64,000 nucleotides of DNA, from contig CBDCSU010000006.1 of NCBI GenBank assembly GCA_965221775.1, positions 1,024,001-1,088,000 of the forward strand, given 5' to 3'. The notes beneath the pieces are model-generated. The model worked only from the letters and a program-made list of their open reading frames with translations. It did no database searches and was not told where the DNA came from. This DNA comes from Candidatus Latescibacterota bacterium (GTDB lineage Bacteria > Latescibacterota > UBA2968 > UBA8231). The stretch's first letter is position 1; the number at the start of each line of letters is the position of its first letter. The translations under genes were made by a program, and so were the position numbers. This document shows positions 38,065 to 46,978 of the stretch, one piece after another.

Positions 38065-38694
38065 TCAGCTCTCCCTCGGCTCAATCAGGACGGACAGGAA
38101 GCGGATGGGCAGCTCGGTGAGCTCCTCGGGCCCGTGGGGGGCCTCGGCGTCGAAGAACAGGGAGTCGCCCGGGCCCATGGCCCAGGTGCGGTCCCCGTGC
38201 CTGTAGGTGATGCGGCCCTCGAGGATGTAGATGAACTCGACGCCGCCGTGCTGGAAGACCGGGAAGACGTCCGACTCGCCGGTCAGGTGGATCAGGTAGG
38301 GCTCGACGAACATGCGCCGGCTCACGGTGTGCCCGAGGAGCTGGTACTGGTGTCCGGCGCGGGTGCCGCGGCGCTCGATGTCGAGGCCGGTGCCGGCGCG
38401 CACGAAGGAGACATCGCGGGCCTCCTCGTACTTGCGGAAGAGGGCGGTCACCGGGACGTTGAGGGCCCCCGCCAGGGCGCTCAGGGTCGCCAGGGAGGGC
38501 GAGGTGAGACCGTTCTCGATCTTGGAGAGCATCCCCGCCGACAGACCCGCCTCGCGCGACAGGTCGGCGGCGGTCATGTCCAACTGCTGGCGGAAGCTGC
38601 GGATCTGGCGGCCAATGGAGCGCTCCAGGCGGTTCTCGGGGGCGCCGGTAGTCGCCGGATCGGCGACTGCGTTGCGATGATTCGACTCGGCCAT
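38065..38694 (-). CDS. XRE-family HTH plus cupin transcriptional regulator
   Basis: LS.GMLSKIENG..SPSL, HGGVEFIYILEG and GDSLFFDAEAPHGP motifs. Confidence 0.92.
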   Translation of the reverse strand: MAESNHRNAVADPATTGAPENRLERSIGRQIRSFRQQLDMTAADLSREAGLSAGMLSKIENGLTSPSLATLSALAGALNVPVTALFRKYEEARDVSFVRAGTGLDIERRGTRAGHQYQLLGHTVSRRMFVEPYLIHLTGESDVFPVFQHGGVEFIYILEGRITYRHGDRTWAMGPGDSLFFDAEAPHGPEELTELPIRFLSVLIEPRES

Positions 38695-38701
38695 CTCCGG
38701 G

Positions 38702-38730
38702 AGTATACCTCTCACCGCCATGAGATGCAA
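38702..38730 (-). promoter_or_regulatory. Promoter of the regulator-mgs operon (probably leaderless), with a TCTCA-N6-TGAGA palindrome
   Basis: TTGCAT-N17-TATACT lies only 7 nt from the ATG at 38694. Confidence 0.6.
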
Positions 38731-38795
38731 TCTTCTTTCCCTTCATTCAACCCTTGAGCCCTGCCGTATCTTGTCGCCTTTCGGGAGGTAAATCC

Positions 38796-39287
38796 GTGAA
38801 CGGCGATCCCATCGACCGCAGCGCCTTCCAGGCGATCGGCGAATCCGTTGACTTCGGGCCCCTCACCTCGATCCGGCGGCCCGAAAACATCCGCCTCGGC
38901 GACCACGTGAGCTTCATCCACGGGGCCTTCCTGAACCCCGGCGCCACCTGGATCGAGGTCGGCAGTCACACCCACTTCGCTCCGTACTGCGTCCTCTACG
39001 GGCCCCTCACCATCGGCTCCCGGGTGGCGGTGGCGGCCCACGTCGTCTTCGCCAGCATCGGCCATGGCCACGATCGCATCGACCAGCCGATGGTCGATCA
39101 GCCCGTCACGCGGCGGGAGATCGTGATCGAGGACGATGTCTGGATCGGGGCCAACGCGGTGATCCTCGGGGGCGTGCGGGTCGGGGCTCACAGCATCGTC
39201 GGCGCCGGCGCCGTGGTCACCCGCGACGTTCCGCCGTACTCCGTCGTCGGCGGCGTTCCCGCCAGGCTCATCCGGCGCCGCGAGTAA
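38796..39287 (+). CDS. Hexapeptide-repeat (LbH) acyltransferase
   Basis: [50 protein letters not shown] ribosome-binding site. Confidence 0.92.
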   Translation: MNGDPIDRSAFQAIGESVDFGPLTSIRRPENIRLGDHVSFIHGAFLNPGATWIEVGSHTHFAPYCVLYGPLTIGSRVAVAAHVVFASIGHGHDRIDQPMVDQPVTRREIVIEDDVWIGANAVILGGVRVGAHSIVGAGAVVTRDVPPYSVVGGVPARLIRRRE

Positions 39288-39298
39288 CTCCAGCAGAG

Positions 39299-41314
39299 TC
39301 AGCCGGGGCGGCGGACGACCAGCAGGGGGCCGTCTTCCGGCGTCAGCTCGCTTCGCGGCTCGAAGGCGGTGACCGCGCCCGCCGCGAGCCGGCACGACCA
39401 CAGGGGCCCGGGGGGCGGCTGCCCCAGCACGTCACCCGGACGGACGGACCCGGCCTCGACGATCACCAGGCAGGCCTGGTCTCCGAGAGAGGCGATCTCG
39501 CAGGACCCGCGCCGGGAGACGGAGACCGCACGGCCGGCTCCCCGGCGCAGCAGGGCGCCGAGGCATCGGGCAACCTCGAAGGAGGGCCGCGGGTTGCAGC
39601 GCGTGTCCAGCAGGCCCCAGGCCGCGTCCATGGTGCGGTCCAGGTCGACCAGCGGCTCGAGGAAGACCGGTACGTCGAGACTCGCCGCGGCCAGCAGGGC
39701 GCGGGCCACGGCCTTCGCGTTGGTCCCGTCGTCCACGGCGGGCAGCTCGACAAGCAGCTGCAGCCTCCACGACCTCCGGCCGCGGGCCTGCTCCAGGCGC
39801 CTCGCCGTCTCCCAGGGATCGGACGGGTCCAGCCGGCAGGCAACGGCGGCCGTCAGGCGCGACGCCTCGAGGGCCTCGCCGAGGTCGTCCAGCTCGTCGG
39901 GCGAAAACCCGATCCGCGTGCGGTGGTGCTGCTTGCCCGGCACCGGCTGGCCCGGGAGCACGGGGGCCAGCACCAGGGGCGGCGCGGCCTTCTCCAGCGC
40001 CGACAGGGATCGGGTATCCGGCAGGACGCGCCCGGGCAACTGCACCTCCAGGGCATCCGCTCCGGCGAGAGCGCCGGCGTGGGCGAGGGCCTCCTCCTCG
40101 CCGAGGGCGACGGCCTGTACGCGCACCCCCTCGGCGCGCAGCACGTCGAGGCGCCGGGCCTGCACCGGATCCGCCAAGTCGGCCAGGGGCGCGCGCACCC
40201 ACGAGGCGCCCATCTCCAGGCAGGCGAGCAGCGGGTAGTCGTTGCGCACCGGCTGACGGATCACCGACGGCCAGGCCAGGGGCACGTCGGCCTGTGGGGC
40301 CAGGGCATGGCGCAGGGTGAGACCGGTGCCGAAGCGAGACCCGTCCCGGGCCGGCTTCTCGGACGCGGCCGGCAGCGGCGTGATCAGGCAGGACCCGTCG
40401 CCGGCGGCCGCCAGCGCCGCCATGCGCACGCGGTGAACGTCGAGCCGGCCGCCGGACACCCGGCACAGGAAGAACCCCAGCTTCCCGGCGTCGTCCCGGC
40501 CCTGCTCCGGAGGCGGAGCCGAGGTGAAGAGATGCGAGAACCCGGGCCTCGTGAACGACGGGGAGGGGGTCACGTAGTAGCGGCAGAGGCCGGCCTCGGC
40601 GGCGACGTGATCGAAGAACTGGAAGTGCACGTGTCCGGCGAACATGGCGAGCACCCGGTGCCGGCGCACCCGATCGAGGAGCCAGCCGCGGTCCGGCTCG
40701 CCGAGGTTGTCGTAGTGGCCGAGCCAGGGCTCGCCGGGGTCCCCGAGGTACGGCGGCATGTGCAGGAACAGGACGCACGGCTCGGAACCCGCCGCCGCCA
40801 GCTGCGCCTCGAACCAGGCCCGCTGCCGGGCGGCCGCGGCCAGACCGGTGTTGAACAGCTGCGAGTTGAGCACCAGGAAGCGGACCCCCGCCGCGGACCA
40901 GGACCGCCAGGACGGTCCGTGCCTCCGCTCCCAGATGCCGAGGCTCTCCTCGGTCGCCTCGCCGGTGGGCATGGTCGGGTCGGGGCGATCGCCGATGTCG
41001 TGGTTGCCGGCCGCGAAGCGGCAGCGCTCCCACAGCCCTGCGGCGCGGATCTGGTCGAGTGCCTCGCCCACGGCGCGGTCGTAGTCGGGCCGGCCCGGGA
41101 ACTCCTGCACCATGTCGCCGAGATGCACGACGAAGGCCGGGTCGAGGCCGGCGACGGCGCGCCAGGCGGCCCCGGCCCGCTGGCCCTGGCGGCGGCGCGA
41201 CTCGAACTCCAGGGGAGCGTCGCCGACGTCGATCATGTAGTGGGTGTCGGAGACGACGACGAACTCGAGGTCCGCCGGCGGCAGCAGGCTGCGGTCGAAG
41301 CGGGGTGGAGGCAT
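39299..41314 (-). CDS. Calcineurin-like metallophosphoesterase with a long C-terminal domain
   Basis: SDTH, HLGD, GNHD, LH.P and GHVH motifs. Confidence 0.85.
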   Translation of the reverse strand: MPPPRFDRSLLPPADLEFVVVSDTHYMIDVGDAPLEFESRRRQGQRAGAAWRAVAGLDPAFVVHLGDMVQEFPGRPDYDRAVGEALDQIRAAGLWERCRFAAGNHDIGDRPDPTMPTGEATEESLGIWERRHGPSWRSWSAAGVRFLVLNSQLFNTGLAAAARQRAWFEAQLAAAGSEPCVLFLHMPPYLGDPGEPWLGHYDNLGEPDRGWLLDRVRRHRVLAMFAGHVHFQFFDHVAAEAGLCRYYVTPSPSFTRPGFSHLFTSAPPPEQGRDDAGKLGFFLCRVSGGRLDVHRVRMAALAAAGDGSCLITPLPAASEKPARDGSRFGTGLTLRHALAPQADVPLAWPSVIRQPVRNDYPLLACLEMGASWVRAPLADLADPVQARRLDVLRAEGVRVQAVALGEEEALAHAGALAGADALEVQLPGRVLPDTRSLSALEKAAPPLVLAPVLPGQPVPGKQHHRTRIGFSPDELDDLGEALEASRLTAAVACRLDPSDPWETARRLEQARGRRSWRLQLLVELPAVDDGTNAKAVARALLAAASLDVPVFLEPLVDLDRTMDAAWGLLDTRCNPRPSFEVARCLGALLRRGAGRAVSVSRRGSCEIASLGDQACLVIVEAGSVRPGDVLGQPPPGPLWSCRLAAGAVTAFEPRSELTPEDGPLLVVRRPG

Positions 41315-41538
41315 CTCGGCGTCTTCCGGGAGGCGCGGCTCGACGTGCCCTTGGTGCCTGTGCCCAGTCGCTCGCCGCTGCATCCCGGCGCGCGCAAGCA
41401 CGAGGTCGCTGATGTTGCACAAGAGGGGTGGGGCCGGCAAGCTCGGGCGATGGCCGGGCCGCGGGTGAGGTGGCGAGCCTCCCCCTTGCGGCACATCTTT
41501 CCGCCTTCTCCCGTGCGTTACCCGCGGAGCGCCTCCGA

Positions 41539-42771
41539 ATGCCCTTCAAGCTGCTGGCCCACGGCCTGGGCGCCAGGCCCCGGCGCATGTGGCACGACCG
41601 CCCCCTGAAGGACCGCTACGACGTCGTCATCATCGGCGGCGGCGCCCACGGTCTGGCCTGCGCCTACTACCTGGCACGGGACCACGGCGTCACCGACGTG
41701 GCCGTCCTCGAGAAGAGCTACATCGGCTCCGGGGGCTCGGGCCGCAACACCGCCATCCTGCGCTCCAACTACCTCACCCCCGAGGGAGTGCGCTTCTACG
41801 ACGCCAGCCTCGATCTCTACGGGGACCTGTCCGAGGATCTCGACTTCAACGTCATGTTCAGCCGCCGCGGCCACCTCACCCTGGCCCACGACGACGGCTC
41901 GGTGCGGACCATGCGCCGCCGCGCCGAGGTCAACCGCCTGCAGGGCGTCGACTCGCGCCTCGTCTTCCCCGACGAGCTGGCCGGGATCTGCCCGCAACTC
42001 GACCTCTCGGACCGCCCCCGCTTCCCCATCCACGCGGCCCTCTACCATCCGCCGGGAGGCATCATCCGCCACGACGCCGTCGTCTGGGGGTACGCCCGCG
42101 GCGCCGACGAGCGCGGTGTCGACATCCATCAGTACACCGAGGTCACCGGCATCGACGTCGTCGGCGGCGGCGTCACCGGCGTGCAGACCACCCGGGGGCC
42201 GGTGGCGGCCGGGACCGTGCTCTCCGCCACCGCCGGCTGGGCCTCCGACCTGGCCGCCATGGCCGGCCTGCGCCTGCCCCTCGACACCTTCCCCCTGCAG
42301 GCCTGCGTCACCGAGCCCCTCAAGCCCTTCCTCGACGTGGTCGTCGTCTCCGGCTCGCTGCACGTCTACATCAGCCAGTCCGGCCGCGGCGAGCTGGTCA
42401 TGGGCGCCAGCGTCGATCCCTTCACCTCCTACTCGGTGGCCGGCTCCCTCGACTTCCTCGAGGGCCTCTCGGGGCACGTGCTGGAGCTGTTCCCCTTCCT
42501 GTCGCAGGTCCGCATCCTGCGCCAGTGGGCGGGCCTGTGCGAGATGCCCCCCGACTACAGCCCCCTCATGGGGGTCACGCCGGTGAAGGGCTTCTACCTC
42601 GACGCCGGCTGGGGCACCTACGGCTTCAAGGCCTCGCCCATCTGCGGCAAGACCCTGGCCGAGCTGATCGCCACGGGGCGGTCTCCGGACCTCATCCACC
42701 CCTTCCGCCTCTCCCGCTTCGCCGAGTTCGACCCGGTGGGCGAGAAGGGCGCCGCCGCCGTGGGCCACTGA
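41539..42771 (+). CDS. mgdA: N-methylglutamate dehydrogenase subunit A / sarcosine oxidase beta-like
   Basis: GGGAHG, GRNT..RSNYLTPEG, RHDAV.WGYA and GWGTYGFK motifs. Clustered with gmaS and mgs genes. Confidence 0.8.
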   Translation: MPFKLLAHGLGARPRRMWHDRPLKDRYDVVIIGGGAHGLACAYYLARDHGVTDVAVLEKSYIGSGGSGRNTAILRSNYLTPEGVRFYDASLDLYGDLSEDLDFNVMFSRRGHLTLAHDDGSVRTMRRRAEVNRLQGVDSRLVFPDELAGICPQLDLSDRPRFPIHAALYHPPGGIIRHDAVVWGYARGADERGVDIHQYTEVTGIDVVGGGVTGVQTTRGPVAAGTVLSATAGWASDLAAMAGLRLPLDTFPLQACVTEPLKPFLDVVVVSGSLHVYISQSGRGELVMGASVDPFTSYSVAGSLDFLEGLSGHVLELFPFLSQVRILRQWAGLCEMPPDYSPLMGVTPVKGFYLDAGWGTYGFKASPICGKTLAELIATGRSPDLIHPFRLSRFAEFDPVGEKGAAAVGH

Positions 42772-43055
42772 TGCTGCTGCTGGCCTGCCCCCACTGCGGC
42801 GAACGCAACGTCTCCGAGTTCCACTACGGCGGCGAGTACAGCCCGCGGCCCTCGCCCTCGACGGCGGCGGACGACGAGGAGTGGCACGACTACCTCTACC
42901 TGCGCGACAACCCCATGGGGACCCGCCGCGAGTGGTGGCTCCACCGGGCCGGCTGCGGCCTGTGGTTCCTGGTCGAGCGCGACCGGCGCACGAACGCCGT
43001 CTCCCGGACCTTCCGGTGGTCCCCGGACAGCGCGCCGGCCGAAGGCGCCGGATGA
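42771..43055 (+). CDS. mgdB: N-methylglutamate dehydrogenase subunit B / sarcosine oxidase delta-like
   Basis: CPHCGER...EF.YGG, YLYLRDNP and W.H..GC..W (Zn site). Confidence 0.8.
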   Translation: MLLLACPHCGERNVSEFHYGGEYSPRPSPSTAADDEEWHDYLYLRDNPMGTRREWWLHRAGCGLWFLVERDRRTNAVSRTFRWSPDSAPAEGAG

Positions 43056-43137
43056 GCCGCTCCGGCGGCCCCGGCGGCACCCGGGTGTGTTGGGCGGACC
43101 TCCTCCAGCTGCGACGCGGCGTCCGGAAGGGCCGGCC

Positions 43138-46100
43138 GTGAGCGGACCCTCGCACCGCATCGACCCGCGGCCGGGGGAGGTCCTGGACCGCGGCCGCAGC
43201 CTGCGCTTCCGCTTCGGCGGCCGCCAGTACAGCGGCTGCGCCGGCGACACGATCGCCTCGGCCCTGGCCGCCGCCGGGGTCTCCCTCTTCAGCCGCTCCT
43301 TCAAGTACCACCGGCCCCGCGGCCTGCTGTGCTGCGCCGGCCACTGCCCCAACTGCCTCGTGCAGGTCGACTCCGAGCCGAACGTGCGCGCCTGCACCCG
43401 GCCCCTTGAGCAGGACATGGCGGTCTGGCCGCAGAACGTCTGGCCCTCCCTCAAGCTCGATCTCATGGCCCTGACGGAGCGGCTCTCGCGCTTCCTGCCC
43501 GCCGGGTTCTACTACAAGACCTTCATCCGGCCGAAACGGCTGTGGCCCCTGTACGACCGGGTGCTGCGCACCGCCGCCGGCCTCGGCACCGTGGACGAGC
43601 GCACGCCGGAGGGGGAGCACGACAAGCAGTACCTGCACGCCGACGTGGTCGTCGCCGGGGGCGGGCCCACCGGACTGAGCGCCGCCCTCGCCGCCCGCGA
43701 GAGCGGCGCCCGGGTGCTGCTGCTCGACGAGAACCCCGCCGTCGGCGGCCACCTGCGCTACAGCGGCCGGACGCCGCGGGCCGAGCTCGACGCCGCCGGG
43801 GAGCGGCTGGACCAAGCCGGGGTGGAGGTGCTCACCGGCACCTCGGCCACCGGCTGGTACCAGGACCACTGGCTGTCGGCGGCGCGCGGCCAGCGGCTGT
43901 TCAAGATCCGCGCCCGCGCCGTGGTGGTCGCCACCGGCAGCCACGAGATCCCGCCGCTCTTCGACGGCAACGACCGCCCGGGGGTCATGCTCGGCACGGC
44001 GGCGAAACGGCTGCTGCGCCTCTACGGCGTGGCCCCGGGCCGGCGGGCGGTGGTGGTCACCGCCGGCGACGGCGGCTGGGAGGTAGCCGCCGACCTGCTG
44101 GCTGCCGGCGTCGAGGTCGCCGCCGTGGCCGACGAGCGGCCGGGAGCGGAGCCGGCCGCGGCGGCAGACCTGGCCGCTTCCGGGGCCGAGGTGCTCAGCG
44201 GCTACACGATCGGCGAGGCCCGGGGCCGCCGCCGCGTGCGCGAGGCCGTGCTCGTGCCGGTCTCCGGGACCGGCGACCGGCGCCGGGTGCGCTGCGACCT
44301 CGTCGCCGTCAGCACCGGGCGGCAGCCCTCGGCCGAGCTCGCCTGGATGGCCGGCGCCGGCAGCCGCTACGACGAGGATCACGCCGAGATGCGGGTGGTG
44401 GACCTGCCGGAGGGGCTGTTCCTCGCGGGACGGGTCGCCGGCCTGCAGGGGCCGGTGGAGGCCGAGGAGGAGCACGGCCGCCGGGCGGGCGCCGCCGCGG
44501 CTGACCATGCGCTGGGCGCTGGGACGGCGGAGGCCGGGCAGGCCGGGCAGGCCCTGGGCACGGGGATACCCGAGGCCACGGAGTCCGGCCAGGCCCTGGG
44601 CGCGGGGACAGCGGAGGCCGCGGGGGCCGCCCACGCCCCGGGGGACGACCCCGCGGTAACCGGAGACTCCCCGGGTGAGCCGCACGCTGCCGCGGCGGCG
44701 CACGCCCTCGGCGCGGGGACACCGGAGGCCGGGCAGGCCCCGGAGGCCGTCGCCGCCCGCCCCCTGGCCGCGGACCCCGCCGATGCCGCTGCGGACCCGC
44801 CGGGAGCTGAGCCCTCCCGCTCCTCGGCGCTGGTCACTGCTCCCGCCTGCGCCGGCGGCAAGCGCTTCGTCTGCCTGTGCGAGGACGTGACCGACACCGA
44901 CGTGGAGACCTCCCTGGCCGAGGGCTACGACCACCTCGAGCTGCTCAAGCGCTACACCACCATCGGCATGGGTCCCTGCCAGGGGCGAATGTGCAACCTC
45001 CACGGCATCCGCCTGTGCGCCGCCGGCACCGGCCGCTCGGTGCAGGAGACCGGGCGGACCACGGCGCGCCCCCCCGTGACGCCCGTCTCCCTGGGAACCC
45101 TCGCCGGCCAGAAGATGGAGCCGGTGCAGGTCTCGGCGATGCACGACTGGCACCTGGCCCGCGGCGCCCGCCTGATGACCGCCGGCACCTGGCTGCGGCC
45201 GGAGCGCTACGGGGACCCGGCCGAGGAGGTGGCGGCGGTGCGCAACGCCGTCGGCCTCATCGACGTGAGCCCCCTCGGCAAGCTGCGCCTCACCGGCCCG
45301 GGGGTGCCCGACCTGCTGGAGCGCCTCTACGTCAACTCCTGGCGGGACCTGCGCCGGGGCCGGGTGCGCTACGGCATGATGTGCAACGACGAGGGCGTCA
45401 TCCTCGACGACGGCGTCTGCGCCCGGCTGGCCGACGACGACTGGTACGTGAGCACCACCTCCACCGGCGCCGCCGGCGCCCTGGAGTGGGTGGAGTGGTG
45501 GCGCCAGTCGGGCTGGGGCGACGGCGTCCACGTCACCGACCTCACCGAGGCCCGGGCCGCCGTCAACCTGGCGGGTCCCGCCTCGCGCGAGGTCCTGCAG
45601 AAGCTCACCTCCCGCGACCTGTCGAAGGCGAAGTTCCCCTACATGCGCGCCCGGCGGACCCGCATCGCCGGCCTCTCCTGCCTGGTGCTGCGCATCGGCT
45701 TCACCGGCGAGCTGTCGTACGAGATCCACGGCCCGGCGGGCGGCGGACAGTATCTGTGGGAGGCGCTCATGGAGGCCGGGGCCGAGCACGGCATCCGCCC
45801 CTTCGGGGTGGAGGCGCAGCGCATCCTGCGCCTGGAGAAGGGCCACCTGATCGTCGGCCAGGACACGGACGCGCTGTCCGACGCCATCTCCGCCGACTCC
45901 GGATGGGCCGTCAAGCTGGAGAAGGAGGACTTCCTCGGGAAGCGGGCCCTGACCCGGGTGGCGGAGACCGGCCCGAAGCAGCGCCTCGTCGGGTTCCGCA
46001 TGACCCGCGACGACGCCGCCGTGGAGGAGGGCCTGCAGATCGTCACCCGCCGGTCCCGCCGCGGCTTCGACATCATCGGCTGGATCACCTCCTGCCGGCG

Positions 46101-46263
46101 CTCGCCCACCCTCGGCGGCACCATCGGCCTGTGCTGGCTGCCGGCCGATATCGCCGCGGAGGAGGGGGCCTCCTTCTCCGTGTACGCCGGGGGCCGCCTC
46201 GAGGAGGGGCGCGTCCACCACGGGGCGTTCTACGATCCCGGCGGCGAGAGACTGCGCGGCTGA
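43138..46263 (+). CDS. mgdC: N-methylglutamate dehydrogenase subunit C / sarcosine oxidase alpha-like
   Basis: GDTIASAL, RSFKYHRPRG, KRYTT.GMG.CQG and GcvT-like folate-binding C-terminus (FTGELSYE, LRLEKG, FYDP). Confidence 0.82.
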   Translation: MSGPSHRIDPRPGEVLDRGRSLRFRFGGRQYSGCAGDTIASALAAAGVSLFSRSFKYHRPRGLLCCAGHCPNCLVQVDSEPNVRACTRPLEQDMAVWPQNVWPSLKLDLMALTERLSRFLPAGFYYKTFIRPKRLWPLYDRVLRTAAGLGTVDERTPEGEHDKQYLHADVVVAGGGPTGLSAALAARESGARVLLLDENPAVGGHLRYSGRTPRAELDAAGERLDQAGVEVLTGTSATGWYQDHWLSAARGQRLFKIRARAVVVATGSHEIPPLFDGNDRPGVMLGTAAKRLLRLYGVAPGRRAVVVTAGDGGWEVAADLLAAGVEVAAVADERPGAEPAAAADLAASGAEVLSGYTIGEARGRRRVREAVLVPVSGTGDRRRVRCDLVAVSTGRQPSAELAWMAGAGSRYDEDHAEMRVVDLPEGLFLAGRVAGLQGPVEAEEEHGRRAGAAAADHALGAGTAEAGQAGQALGTGIPEATESGQALGAGTAEAAGAAHAPGDDPAVTGDSPGEPHAAAAAHALGAGTPEAGQAPEAVAARPLAADPADAAADPPGAEPSRSSALVTAPACAGGKRFVCLCEDVTDTDVETSLAEGYDHLELLKRYTTIGMGPCQGRMCNLHGIRLCAAGTGRSVQETGRTTARPPVTPVSLGTLAGQKMEPVQVSAMHDWHLARGARLMTAGTWLRPERYGDPAEEVAAVRNAVGLIDVSPLGKLRLTGPGVPDLLERLYVNSWRDLRRGRVRYGMMCNDEGVILDDGVCARLADDDWYVSTTSTGAAGALEWVEWWRQSGWGDGVHVTDLTEARAAVNLAGPASREVLQKLTSRDLSKAKFPYMRARRTRIAGLSCLVLRIGFTGELSYEIHGPAGGGQYLWEALMEAGAEHGIRPFGVEAQRILRLEKGHLIVGQDTDALSDAISADSGWAVKLEKEDFLGKRALTRVAETGPKQRLVGFRMTRDDAAVEEGLQIVTRRSRRGFDIIGWITSCRRSPTLGGTIGLCWLPADIAAEEGASFSVYAGGRLEEGRVHHGAFYDPGGERLRG
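44503..44739 (+). repeat. Degenerate 42-nt (14-aa) tandem repeats inside mgdC
   Basis: DHALGAGTAEAGQA / GQALGTGIPEATES / GQALGAGTAEAAGA / AHAPGDDPAVTGDS ... AHALGAGTPEAGQA. Confidence 0.8.
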
Positions 46264-46946
46264 TGGCCGGGCCCTGGTACGCGACCCCCCTCCACGGCCG
46301 CTGGGAGGCCCTCGGCGCGGAGCTGACCGAGGTGGCCGGGTGGCGCGTCCCCGAGCGCTTCGGCGACGGCGCCGCGGAGGCGCGGGCGGCGCTCGAAGGG
46401 GTGGCTCTCGGCGACGAGACGCCGCGGGCCAAGCTGCTCGTGCAGGGAGACGAAGCCGCCGGGGTGGTCGTCGCCGCCACCGGCCTGGCGGCGCCGCGGG
46501 GTGGAGAGGTGAGCGGCGGCCGGGTGACCGCCTGCGGGCTGCGGCCCGACCTCCTGCTGGTGGCCGCCGGCCCCGGCGAGGGAGAAGCGATCCTGGCCGC
46601 CCTGGAGAGATCCGCAGACGCGGCCCCCGGCCTGGTGACCGTCACCGACGTGACCCACGGCCGCTTCGAGTACCGCATCGTCGGCCCGCGGGCGCCCCGG
46701 CTGCTGAGCAAGGTCTGCGGCCTCGACTTCGACGACTCCGTCTTCCCCGACCGCCGCGCCCGCCAGACCAGCGTCGCCCGCGTCAAGGCCCTGGTGGTGC
46801 GCGCCGACGCCGGAGATCTGCCCGCCTACCGCGTCCTCGGCGGGCGCGCCCCGGGCGCCTACGTTTGGGACATCCTCATGGAGGCCGGCGCCGAGCTCGG
46901 CATCGCCCCCATCGGCGCCGCCGCCCTGCGGTCACTGCAAGCCTGA
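46263..46946 (+). CDS. mgdD: N-methylglutamate dehydrogenase subunit D / sarcosine oxidase gamma-like
   Basis: VTDVTHG, GPRA..LLSK.C.LD, QTSVA and Y.WD.LMEAG.E.G motifs. Coupled to mgdC. Confidence 0.78.
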   Translation: MAGPWYATPLHGRWEALGAELTEVAGWRVPERFGDGAAEARAALEGVALGDETPRAKLLVQGDEAAGVVVAATGLAAPRGGEVSGGRVTACGLRPDLLLVAAGPGEGEAILAALERSADAAPGLVTVTDVTHGRFEYRIVGPRAPRLLSKVCGLDFDDSVFPDRRARQTSVARVKALVVRADAGDLPAYRVLGGRAPGAYVWDILMEAGAELGIAPIGAAALRSLQA

Positions 46947-46978
46947 GCATACTTCAACGCATCCCCGAGGAGAGGGTC

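Noticed and set aside
41471-41490. Sigma54-like TGGC...TTGC upstream of mgdA
   Set aside because: The GG-to-GC spacing is 14 nt rather than the required 10.
41518-46221. 1567-aa minus-strand ORF
   Set aside because: Antisense shadow of mgdABC. The same applies to the other long Arg/Pro/Gly-rich ORFs, such as 53024-55708 and 55865-58774.
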